In this document: piece after piece, positions 1-9,295 of the stretch
Layout: the number at the start of each line of letters is the position of its first letter
Position numbering within the stretch: the stretch's first letter is position 1
Assembly (NCBI GenBank): GCA_964036045.1
Contig: OZ038379.1
Span: 23,560,001 to 23,624,000 of the forward strand
Direction of reading: 5' to 3'
From: Eutreptiella sp. 'Long Island Sound 2002'
Lineage: Eukaryota; Protista; Euglenida
DNA length: 64,000 nucleotides
Translations under genes and position numbers: made by a program
The notes under the pieces: model-generated
What the model was told of the DNA's origin: nothing
Databases searched by the model: none
Seen by the model: only the letters and a program-made list of their open reading frames with translations

Positions 1-152
1 TCACCCATCGTAAACCCCTCAGGACCGCCAAGGCGACGGACCCCAAGGAGCTTTTGATGGTGCTCGCACCAAGCGTGGGCAGCAGCAAGGGCCATTATCA
101 AAGAAGATGAAGGCTTTGAGAGCTAAAGCGAAAAGGGGAAACATAAAATGAA

Positions 153-294
153 GCGCGATAACCCACACGATAACTAGGTTATCGCGCGATAACCCCCGCG
201 ATAACCCCCGCGATAACTAGGTTATCGCGCGATAACCCACGCGATAACTAGTGCTCTAACCCCGTTCTAACCCCGCGATAACTAGTTAGAGCAC
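153..294. repeat. CGCGATAAC / GTTAGAGC palindromic array (subterminal array of the upstream A copy)
   Basis: Directly visible repeated CGCGATAAC(CCC/TAG) units, including the hairpin CGCGATAAC-TAG-GTTATCGCG. Confidence 0.9.
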
Positions 295-434
295 ACAAAG
301 ATCAAATCGCAAAAAGTGCAAAACGGGCAATATCGAGCAAACGAAACATGGAAGGCACATTGTTGCATCATAGTGCACCCATGTAACATGTGAAATTCCG
401 GGTTCCAACCATATTAACAACACCCAAAATTGGG

Positions 435-470
435 GGGGTTCCGCACCACGCCCTAGAACGCTGCATCCCA
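435..470. repeat. 36-bp right TIR of the upstream A copy
   Basis: GGGGTTCCGCACCACGCCCTAGAACGCTGCATCCCA, identical to 9296-9331 and the reverse complement of 2617-2652. Confidence 0.92.
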
Positions 471-732
471 TACCCCTGTTCCAGCAGTAATACAAAAAGG
501 AAAATGCAGTAACAAAAAAATCGAAAGCACCAAAAAAAACGGACGAAAAGGAACAAATCAATGCATTCCAAATTGGAGGCACATTTGAAGTGCGTAGTCA
601 TAGCACGCTACTTCCAATTATATATCGCGATTTCAAGGGTTCCGGCGCTTGAAAACAGCATAGCGCGCGCGATAGTGGTCATTGCGCGCACTAGATAACA
701 TGTAGCGCGCGCTAAAAAACAAATAGCGCGCG

Positions 733-2568
733 CTACCACAGTTCCTCATCCGCAAAATATGCCCGAACCTCGTCAGCCAATTTTTGTGCATTGCACAGGT
801 TGCTTCTGGAGTTCCCATTCCACCTTGGTACTTCAAAGTACAGGAACAGACGCTCATTAACCTGCCTGAGCATCTTAATGCGGCGCGACACCAGGGTTCC
901 TGCCCCCCCACCTCTATCACAAAAGGAGGACCAAATGTCCTTCAGCACCCTGTTGCTCCCTTCCAAAAGATCCCCCGAAAACATTCCTAGGCCATAGGGC
1001 CTTATGGCCTGAATAGTGACTGTTGCATCGTGCAACATCCAGTTAATATAAGGTGATCTTATTGCTGGACAAACCCACCTCTGGAAAGCCTGGGCAACCT
1101 CTGGAGCCTGCAATGCACCCTCTTCAAACATTGTGCCATACATGTCCCCCAGTAGTATGTACATGGCAACCACTGCTGTGTGCATTCTCATGTCACCCCC
1201 AAGGAGGGGGGCCAGGTCCTCCCAAACCTTTAGAAGGCACCAAGTCTCTTCCCCATCTGGCTCTGCCGTCCCCTGTAGTGCTATGTGACAACCAGACCTG
1301 TGAAGAATAGCCTGAACAGAGACCCTAGTACTGGGACACACAGACTTGGCCAATCTGCGTACCAAGGCAGTGAGTGACCTGCCTCCCTACAAAAATCAGA
1401 AGGTGCAGAACACATGGTATAAGGTGACGCCGCCTCAGAGGCACCTTCAACAACCTGCTCTGGACAACACCAAATATATCCATGGGCCTGCACTTGGCCC
1501 CAGGTGCAATAAGCCCTAGCAACTGCTCATCTCGCTCGGTGGTTCTATCCACATCCTGTTGCAACCACGTTGCACTGGACTTGCACCACGTCATGTAAGT
1601 GAACAGACTACGTGCCATCCAATGTGTAGTGACACCCGACAACCGACGCAGCCAAGGGCTATCCCCACCGCAGAAAATCCTACAGCGTCTGGATGCACCC
1701 CGGATGGGAACCACACCACTGTCAAGGGCACTCTGCAGAAAAGCAAGATTGTTAGCCCAGACCTGGGACAACACAAAGGTGGACTTCTCACCACAAAGGG
1801 CGACGTTAACAGTCCAGTGGTAGGACAACGTCCTTGCCAAGTGACCATGGTTGGCAAAGGAAATGGACATCTGGCACCACGATTCCCCCCCACAAGGCAA
1901 CCCATCCCCCCTCACAATGATCCACGGCTCTCCTTGGCACTCCCTGGGGTATTGGAGGTTAGAAACAATGGAATCAAAGGAAAATATACAGTCAAAAAAG
2001 TGCTGCAGGGGCCACTGCGAAAAGACTGTGACCCCATCTGTGTGCACGGCAACCTGTAAATGCTGCCTACTTGCAAGCTGGTTCCATTCTGTGGCGAAAC
2101 TAGCATAGGAGGGGAGAGAAAAAAGGTGTGTGGGGACCTTACTTCTCGTCCAAGTAATCAAATCTTTGTACCTGAGGAAAATAGCGCGCGCAACATGGGG
2201 ACGTAGCGCGCGCAGAAGTCAACGAAGCGCGTGCTATGAGCGGAAGTGCGCGCCATGTCACATGCAAAGCGCGCGCAATAATACCTTCTTCTTGGAATCT
2301 TCAGGAGCAGGACCAAGTCCACCACCGACAGGGGTGTGACGGCGTTGGCAGCCTCGGTCCTGCGACGCTTCTTCTCTGCTTCAGACACGGGGACCCTTTT
2401 TTCCAACCTGGCCCACAAAGACCGTTGGACGGCAGACCCTGAGCAAAAAAACTCAACTAGGTCCGCCAAAAGGTCCTCGTTCTTCCACAGGGACCACCCA
2501 TAGTGGGGGCCCAAAATGTTTGCAATCTTCCCTGACATTGACAGCGTCACATGCGGTGCCGGAAGCAT
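733..2568 (-). pseudogene. Element B RAG1/Transib-like DDE transposase, 3' exons (2568-2285 and 2171-733), one frameshift near 1365
   Basis: A GT-AG intron at 2284-2172 (AG|GTATTA ... TTTTCCTCAG|G) joins the 136-aa and 278-aa ORFs in frame. Motifs: IIVRGDG (first D), FCGGDSP (second D), IPCVLHL, WMLHD...FSGDLLEGSNRVLK (E). One extra base near 1365 separates the 278-aa and 210-aa frames. Confidence 0.7.
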
Positions 2569-2616
2569 CTGAAACTTTAGAAAAACAGGCGTTTTTGCCC
2601 TGCTTATTAGGACATG

Positions 2617-2652
2617 TGGGATGCAGCGTTCTAGGGCGTGGTGCGGAACCCC
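2617..2652. repeat. Left TIR of element A
   Basis: TGGGATGCAGCGTTCTAGGGCGTGGTGCGGAACCCC, the exact reverse complement of 9296-9331. Confidence 0.92.
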
Positions 2653-2808
2653 TAGTTAGAACGCAATTTTCGGAACACCCACCTACCCTTAATTTTGGGG
2701 CAAACCACCTAAAAAAATGGATTCAGCACCCTCAAAAACCCCCCATCCCCTTTCTTTCCCCACATAACCCTCATTGTAGGGGTGGTTTTTGGGGGGGGGG
2801 GTCAAAGA

Positions 2809-2929
2809 GTTAGAGCACAGTTAGAACAGAGTTAGAACGCAGTTAGAGCACCCTGCTCTAACTAGTTATCGCGCTAGTTATCGCGCGATAACTCAGTTAT
2901 CGCGCAGTTATCGCGGGTAGTTATCGCGC
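2809..2929. repeat. Left subterminal GTTATCGCG / GTTAGAGC array
   Basis: Same motif as the other arrays but predominantly in the opposite orientation; about 160 bp inside the left TIR. Confidence 0.88.
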
Positions 2930-2998
2930 ACCCCTCCTCCATCCCTCACTAGGACAAACAACAGAAAACACTTGGCACAAAGCATGTATGGTCTTTTT

Positions 2999-4657
2999 TC
3001 ATACAAAGTCATCAATGTCTGAGGCCTTGGCTGCCTCCAGCCCCAAAAGCCCTTGCTCCAGGGCGTTCATGGACATGCAATGGTGCATGTGGCGGAGGGA
3101 CATACTTGGCCTCACCAAGGACCAACCCTTAAAACAATTTTTGAGCCTCCTCTTGTAAGGCCCATGCCGATACTCCGTTGGGATGGAGGAAAACTGAAAA
3201 ATGTTCCTCCATTTCTCGGCAAAAAAGGTGGAATGTGCCAAGCACCAATGGATCCACCTGGTGGGGGACCAACCTGAGTCTCCCCACGCTTTTGAAAATT
3301 TTGTGGTCAACGCACGGTGGCGTTCCACTTGGGTTAGAGTGTACAACTCCCTCACCCTCCAAAGCTCATACAAACCCTCAATGCATTTCACCATGACATG
3401 CACAACAACCCATAACATAGGTCCCCCAGGGGTCCTCACTGTGGGGACATGCTCTTTGAGGCATTCCACAAATTGCCTTTGGAAGGGGGGGGAGGTTAGG
3501 AAAACTTTGGTGCTGGTTAGATCGAAATCTTTTTCTGTGGCCCTCGAGGCCGAAGGGAGGCGTTCCCTAAGAGGGATGCCTGCGGTCTCATCCTTGAGGG
3601 CTTGTTTGAAGGCCTGCAAAGCTGCAAGAGCTTGGGCCTTACCAGGGGTACCAGGGGGGAGGGCCTGAAGGGTGGTCTCAATGCGCTTTGCAATGCCGTT
3701 TAGGATGCGGCATGCTGCATGTTGGTAGTCCCCCGGCCGCCTATCAGGGGTCACACTTCTCAAGAATGACCCCCATCTTGAGGTGGACGCCACCCCCCTT
3801 TGCTCAACAATCCCATTGGGGTCTTTGCACAACCAACACTTAGACCCAGCCCCCCCCATTGCTTGCATCCCCTTCCCATCCCCTGTCAAAATGACAGTGC
3901 AAGTCAAAAATTGGTTTTGAAAGAGGACAACGTCCTCTTCCACATCCCTCACCTCTTGGTTGAGGTTGGCGGAGATGTCCAGGCTTCTCAAAAAAGCCTG
4001 TTCATCCCCGCCATCCATGCAAAACCATGAGGCCCATAGCTTCACCTTCGAAGCATATTTTGCCCCCCCCCATACATTAACCCATACATCCGCACGGGTA
4101 GAGGATGCCTTCCACAAGGAAGTCGCATCAACTGAAATAACAATAATGGCAACGCCACTAGGGGGGGGTTTCCCAATAACTCGGGCCATAGATATTGCAT
4201 TTTGCACAATTGATTGCAAAGGCACATGGGCAGCTGCCCTATTGCGGCCTGTGGTAGACTTTACAATGGTGGTTTGGGGAAAGTAGGGCATGATCCGTTG
4301 CCGAACAGTCCTTAGGTCCCGTTGTGTGCAACGGCGGGGCATTCGCAAGAGGGCCCGTTGGGAGAGATGCATGCTGCATGCCATGCGTAGCATGCTCAGG
4401 GCCTCATGCTCCTGAGCTGTTAATGCAAGATGGCCGCCAAGTGGGCCAGACAGGGCAGTGCACGCCCCACCACTTAAACAAACTTCGCCTTTGGTGTTGG
4501 TGCCACACACGACGTCTGGGTCACCCAATAGAACTCGCACCAGCCGCTGAACCGCCTTCAAACGCCGCCGCCGGGCCTTGGGGCACTGCAGATCGGTGTA
4601 CCGCCGCAGGTTGGCTGTGTTGAGAGCCCGCAGGGCCTCATTGACAGCATTGTCCAT
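2999..4657 (-). CDS. RAG1/Transib-like DDE transposase of element A (552 aa from the ATG at 4657)
   Basis: IIVISVDA (D), ILTGDGK (D), CWLC, DYQH, IHWCLAH (H-x4-H, like RAG1 FHKTLAH) and SSIPTE with E 20 residues after the second H, the RAG1 H942-E962 spacing. The ORF is uninterrupted and has a pyrimidine-rich CAG acceptor at 4673 upstream of the ATG. Confidence 0.82.
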   Translation of the reverse strand: MDNAVNEALRALNTANLRRYTDLQCPKARRRRLKAVQRLVRVLLGDPDVVCGTNTKGEVCLSGGACTALSGPLGGHLALTAQEHEALSMLRMACSMHLSQRALLRMPRRCTQRDLRTVRQRIMPYFPQTTIVKSTTGRNRAAAHVPLQSIVQNAISMARVIGKPPPSGVAIIVISVDATSLWKASSTRADVWVNVWGGAKYASKVKLWASWFCMDGGDEQAFLRSLDISANLNQEVRDVEEDVVLFQNQFLTCTVILTGDGKGMQAMGGAGSKCWLCKDPNGIVEQRGVASTSRWGSFLRSVTPDRRPGDYQHAACRILNGIAKRIETTLQALPPGTPGKAQALAALQAFKQALKDETAGIPLRERLPSASRATEKDFDLTSTKVFLTSPPFQRQFVECLKEHVPTVRTPGGPMLWVVVHVMVKCIEGLYELWRVRELYTLTQVERHRALTTKFSKAWGDSGWSPTRWIHWCLAHSTFFAEKWRNIFQFSSIPTEYRHGPYKRRLKNCFKGWSLVRPSMSLRHMHHCMSMNALEQGLLGLEAAKASDIDDFV

Positions 4658-4721
4658 GAAGAATAAGAGGACCTGGGCGCAAAATGAGGGAGGGTTTTGA
4701 AGCAAGGGCCCAAAAAACACA

Positions 4722-4883
4722 CGCGATAACCCACGCGATAACCCCCGCGATAACTAGGTTATCGCGCGATAACCCCCGCGATAACCCCCCGCGATAACTA
4801 GTTAGAGCGCGATAACCCCCCGCGATAACTAGTTAGAGCACCCAGTTATCGCGCGATAACCCCCGCGATAACTAGTTAGAGCA
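4722..4883. repeat. Internal CGCGATAAC array, inside a candidate intron (4901-4673) upstream of the transposase
   Basis: Repeats are visible; on the minus strand they are bracketed by CAG|GTAGTG (4901) and a T-rich tract ending ...CCCAG| (4673). Confidence 0.8.
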
Positions 4884-5115
4884 GGGGTTAGTGCGCACTA
4901 CCTGGTGGTGTTAGAGCAAGCGTTGGGCACCCTAAAACCTTCACAAACGTTGATTTTGCACCCAAGAAACCTTGGAGATGTCAACAATGTGCAGGCACGG
5001 GGTACATGGCGCCACAATCACAAATTCAAATCAGTCAAATGGACATGTTCCGGGCTAGTTGCCCCTCCTCAGAGTCCACAGAGTACAGTAATAGAAATAG
5101 TGAACAATAATCGAA

Positions 5116-5760
5116 TCACAAATAACACTGGCTGGAGGGGTTAGAGGAAGCATTGGGCACCCTAAAACCCATGGACAGCAGCTGCTGCCGCCACACAGGC
5201 GTGCAGTGCAGAACCCCCCCCGCACTATAAAAAATCACGCTCCATCGCTCGCCCTCCCATGGCAATGGAGCGTGTAGTGCCCTGGTGTTGAACAACACCG
5301 GGGCTTGGGGGGTGGCGGTGCATGCCCAACCCTCCACCGCCCTACCCTTGCACACACGGGTGTGCCGCTTTTTTTCCCTCAAGGAGGGATTCAGCAGGCC
5401 ACCACTCTCCACCCAAAACTCACCCCCCGTGAAAGACCCCACACACACAATAAGCGCCATGGGCGCCCCATCCCGCAAATGGGAGTGGAGGCCCATGGTG
5501 TCCGTCCCTTGGGGGCGAACAATTTGGATGCTACACCATGTGAACCATGGTGGAGCATTGGAGGTGCAATACCCATTGAGGTCGGCTACCAAGGGGGTGA
5601 GGGCAGGCCTGAGGGTAGCAGCGGCCATGTGGGTCGCCCTAAAATTAGAGGGGTTGGGGTTTCCACTTCCCACGAGGCCAAAGTGGCACATGTCCACTTG
5701 GGCCCCATATCGCTCCTCCCCACGAAAAATGCCCTTGGGCAACCCCTTGAGCAAATCCAC
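5116..5760 (-). CDS. TET/JBP-like 2OG-Fe(II) dioxygenase domain, in frame behind the TGA at 5764-5766
   Basis: FTWCSIQIV...GLHSH...LIVCVGSFTGGEFWVE...VLFNTRALHAPLPWEGERWSVIFYS fits the TET/JBP double-stranded beta-helix pattern (distal H, then R-x-S-hh-F-Y as in TET RISLVFY). The usual HxD appears as HSH. The ORF begins at GTG rather than ATG. Confidence 0.65.
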   Translation of the reverse strand: MDLLKGLPKGIFRGEERYGAQVDMCHFGLVGSGNPNPSNFRATHMAAATLRPALTPLVADLNGYCTSNAPPWFTWCSIQIVRPQGTDTMGLHSHLRDGAPMALIVCVGSFTGGEFWVESGGLLNPSLREKKRHTRVCKGRAVEGWACTATPQAPVLFNTRALHAPLPWEGERWSVIFYSAGGVLHCTPVWRQQLLSMGFRVPNASSNPSSQCYL

Positions 5761-5763
5761 TAG

Positions 5764-6979
5764 TCATTGGCTCCCACTCCTACTCCCGCTACCCTGACTC
5801 TGCAACCCTTGCGGCGCCAGCCCCTGCTGGGCCTGCTGCGCCCCGAAGGAGGCACAGAGGGTGGAGGTGAGGCTGCGCACCTGCGCCTCAGCCACCCCCA
5901 AGCGCTGCTGGAGGTCATCCCCCCTCCTCCGCTGCCCCTCCACCTCCACCCTAAGCTGGGCCACCTCCACCTCCGCCTTCCGCCTCCCCTCCTGGGCCTC
6001 CCTCAGGGCCTCCCTCATCGCCTCCACCTCCTCCCCCCTCTTGGCGGCCAGGTTGAGGGCCTGGTCCAGGGCACGCTGGGTGTTGCCCTGGGCCTTTTCG
6101 GCCTTTGCCAAGGCCGACTTGTGGTCGGCCGACCGACCCTTGGCCAGTGCGGCCTCGACTCCCGTGGCGGCCGCCTGCTCCACCAAAACCTGGCAAGCGT
6201 CCGTCACGTGGGTGGCCACACTGGCCCCCAAGGCCTCCACGTCCAGGGCCTCATGGGGGGGCTGGGCTGCCGCCACCTTTGCCACCTTCGATGGCTTGGG
6301 GTCCCCAGGGAGGGCTTGGGGGCGGGGGTTTGGCCCTTACCCCTAAGGGGGGGGGGGGCATCCGGCTCAACCACCACCACGTCTGGTCCCCGCTTCGTCT
6401 GGCCTTTTCCTGGCCTTCCCCCCTTGGGTGCATACTGCCGAACCCAATCGGCAGTGGCGTCCACCACAGAAGGGGGGGGGTCATACCCACCAACCTGGTG
6501 GATGCCCCCCCCCCTGTGCAGCTTCAGCCACACTTCCCTCCCCGTAAACTCCCCCTCCCACAAAAAACACACCCTCAAAAGGAAATAAGATTTCCTTTGG
6601 GGGGGGTCGCTCATCCCAAACAAACACAAAAAAGCCGCAACCGTTTCCCCCTCTGCGGCTTGCGGCCACTTGGCCGTTTCCCCCCCAACCCACACATAGG
6701 AGGGGAGGGTGAGGTTGGTCTTCCTCTCCACCCCCCCTCCTTCTCGGTGATGGTGACCTGCCGGTACCATCCCGTCCCCCCCATCCTGCAGGCCTCATCC
6801 CCAGGCTCCCCAAACCGCCATGACGCCCCCTCCGGCAGCCTCTTCTCCCCCTCCAGCTCCAACCGGGCCGCCACCGGCTTGGCGGGCCGTGCCCCCGCTG
6901 CTGCTGCCGCTCCGCCTGCTGCGTCGGCTGCCTGGGCGTCGTCCTTGACGAAGATGCGGGGCAGCTGCAAGATGGTAGC
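5764..6979 (-). CDS. Exon 2 of the element A cargo gene (Ala/Gly-rich linker, unknown globular segment, coiled coil); two frameshifts in homopolymer runs
   Basis: The long poly-T acceptor ...TTTTTTTCAG|GCT ACC ATC at 6980 opens the 119-aa frame. Frame switches at the C7 run (~6731-6737) and the G12 run (~6347-6358) link the 119-, 188- and 173-aa ORFs. The 173-aa part is heptad/coiled-coil-like. Confidence 0.6.
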
Positions 6980-7012
6980 CTGAAAAAAACAAAAGAAACA
7001 AAAAAAAAAAAC

Positions 7013-7199
7013 ACGCGATAACCCGCGCGATAACCCCCGCGATAACTAGGTTATCGCGCGATAACCCCCGCGATAACCCCCCGCGATAACCCCGCGATAA
7101 CTAGTTAGAGCGCGATAACCTAGCGCGATAACTAGTTAGAGCACCTAGTTAGAACGCGATAACCTAGCGCGATAACTAGTTAGAGCAAGGGTTAGAGCA
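7013..7199. repeat. Internal CGCGATAAC array within the phase-0 intron 7223-6980
   Basis: The array lies between the donor CAG|GTGTGA (7223) and the acceptor at 6980. Confidence 0.85.
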
Positions 7200-7223
7200 G
7201 GGTGTTGTGGGAAGTTTTCACAC

Positions 7224-8944
7224 CTGGTGACATGGACACATGCCTTGGCCCTCCTTCTTGGCGTCGTCCAGCACCAGGCCCAGCCTCCGCAGCCACACGA
7301 AGTCCGTGACGGCCGCATACCATCTTTGTGGGCGGTGCACAAAATGAGCCGATTGCATCCGTAGCAATTGGCTACCACCTTCCCCCTACACCTAACCGCC
7401 CCATCACACTGGACTGTCCTGGCCACCCGGCCACCAGGTGCCCCCAGCTGGGGCCTGTTAATGGACTGGGTCACGTGCAGGTTGGGGAATCGAAGATTCC
7501 CCCCCACGGTAAGCTCAATGGCAAAAAATGCCATGAGGCGGGGGTGGGACACCCCTGTGGGGGAGGCCTTGGGAATCCCCGACCCCCGGTGTACATCAAG
7601 GGCATTAAAAAAAAAGGCAGTGCCCCTCTTGAATGGCACAGCCCTCTCCACCCAAGGGTCAGGGAACCCCGAACTGCTGGAGGGCACAAAAAGAAAATGT
7701 GACCCATCCTCCTCCTCATGATTATGGGTTAGCATAATAAGGCAATTGACAATCAATGTGCCTTCAGGAATGGTGTAGGGGGGGGCGTCGCGATGGAGGT
7801 GCTGGGGGGTGTGGTCATAGCTCGAAATTTCGGCCATGTCAAGGATGGTGCAGCTCCATCCAACCCCCCCCACCACAGTCTTCTTCGCCGTCTCAAGCAC
7901 ACGATCTGCCACCCTTTTGAGGACTGGCAGATCATGGAGCTTGTGGGGGTTGTGCCTGTGGTGGTTGGCACCCCCATAGTTGCCATACAATGTACGGCGG
8001 GTCCCAGAATCTTGGGGCCTGCCGACAATGGGGGGGTTCTCATTGAAAATGGGTGCCTTCTCTGAGAGAGGCACCCTATCCAAATCATCCAAAAGACTTT
8101 GGAGCTGCACATCACTCAAAAAATCGTGCTCCAGGAGGTGGTTGACCACCAGCTTCCCCCCCACCGTGAGCACAAGGTCATTGGGGTCCCTATTAAAGGC
8201 CCCCAAGGGCTCGGCGGCAACCACCTCCTCCGCCTCCCCAATAAGGGGGGGTGTTGCCCCAAATGGAAAAAGAATCACCCCCTGCCCCGAAATAATGTTG
8301 GGTGTGGTGACCCCATACCACTCACGCTCCCACTCCCTTGTGGGGCAAAGGGAGTGCATGGGGAGCTTGTTTTCGGGGTCGTCAGTGCAGACCCGGCGGG
8401 TGTTGTGGGTGAGGGGTTTAAATTGGGGGAACCAACCATCCGACTGCCCCTTCCCCTTACCCGGTCGGATCCTTACCTTCTGGACACTAATCATGAGGGG
8501 GTTGTGGGGCTTCTCCTTCCTCCCCCCAGCCCCCACCCCCCCCGCATCCTCCTCCTCCTCCTCCACTTCCTCCACTTCCTCCTCCTCCTGACCCACATAG
8601 AGGGTCGTCTTCGTCCCCGCACCCTTCTCGGCATGGGCGGTGACGGACTCCACCACCGCGTCCACATCGTCCGGATGAAGCTGGATCAAAAATCCAGCAA
8701 CCCCTGGATTTACCTCTAGCAACTCGAAGATGTAGTTGCTGAGAACCAGGGGGTCCTTGTCGTCCGCCATGAAGGGGGACTTATGGACAAGGAGTCCAAA
8801 GTCCACACCATGTTCAAAGCGGGTCGCCACAGGGCGCCTCACATTGGCATCACCCATCGTAAACCCCTCAGGACCGCCAAGGCGACGGACCCCAAGGAGC
8901 TTTTGATGGTGCTCGCACCAAGCGTGGGCAGCAGCAAGGGCCAT
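7224..8944 (-). CDS. Exon 1 of the element A cargo gene: PhyH-like 2OG-Fe(II) dioxygenase plus Cys/His finger; 1-nt frameshift near 7320
   Basis: QHLHRD (HxD), FFFNALDVHRGSG (distal H) and PRLMAFF (R). C-terminal C-x5-C-x7-C-x2-C-x5-C-x2-H, continuing after one extra G as YAAVTDFVWLRRLGLVLDDAKKEGQGMCPCHQ up to the GT donor. The ATG at 8944 follows a pyrimidine tract and TAG acceptor at 8972. Confidence 0.72.
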
Positions 8945-9001
8945 TATCAAAGAATATGAAAGCTTTGAGAGCTAAAGCGAAAAGGGGAAACATAAAATGA
9001 A

Positions 9002-9153
9002 GCGCGATAACCCACGCGATAACCCACGCGATAACTAGGTTATCGCGCGATAACCCCCGCGATAACCCCCGCGATAACTAGGTTATCGCGCGATAACCCA
9101 CGCGATAACTAGTGCTCTAACCCCGTTCTAACCCCGCGATAACTAGTTAGAGC
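9002..9153. repeat. Right subterminal CGCGATAAC array of element A
   Basis: Visible repeats about 145 bp inside the right TIR, directly upstream (minus strand) of the acceptor for the cargo gene. Confidence 0.88.
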
Positions 9154-9295
9154 ACACAAAGATCAAATCGCAAAAAGTGCAAAACGGGCAATATCGAGCA
9201 AACGAAACATGGAAGACACATTGTTGCATCATAGTGCACCCATGTAACATGTGAAATTCCGGGTTCCAACCATATTAACAACACCCAAAATTGGG

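Larger units (their letters stand above)
1..470 (-). mobile_element. Right end of a second, slightly diverged copy of element A (truncated by the window edge)
   Basis: 1-470 matches 8850-9331 with a few substitutions (e.g. AAGATGAAGG vs AATATGAAAG; GGAAGGCAC vs GGAAGACAC) and array-length differences. Similarity stops exactly after the TIR ...GCTGCATCCCA at 470. Confidence 0.9.

Noticed and set aside
435-2652. Reading 435-470 and 2617-2652 as the TIRs of a 2.2-kb element enclosing the B transposase
   Set aside because: Copies at 470 and 9331 share sequence on the left and diverge exactly after ...CATCCCA, and the B gene continues at 9332. The repeats therefore face the other way and bound 2617-9331.
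4722-4883. CGCGATAAC arrays as CRISPR arrays or integron attC sites
   Set aside because: There are no unique spacers, no cas or integrase gene, the GTTAGAGC core does not fit GTTRRRY, and the context is eukaryotic and intronic.
4925-4940. TTTAGGG/TTAGGG-like words as telomeric sequence
   Set aside because: Isolated occurrences with no tandem telomeric array.
7145-7223. C-terminus of the 601-aa ORF as listed in the ORF track
   Set aside because: It runs through a splice donor into the repeat array (LALTSYRARLSRSN). The frameshifted and spliced reading is more coherent.
5285-8719. Plus-strand ORFs overlapping element A genes (e.g. 5767-6588, 6105-6983, 8099-8719)
   Set aside because: Antisense shadows of GC-rich coding sequence with no recognisable motifs.
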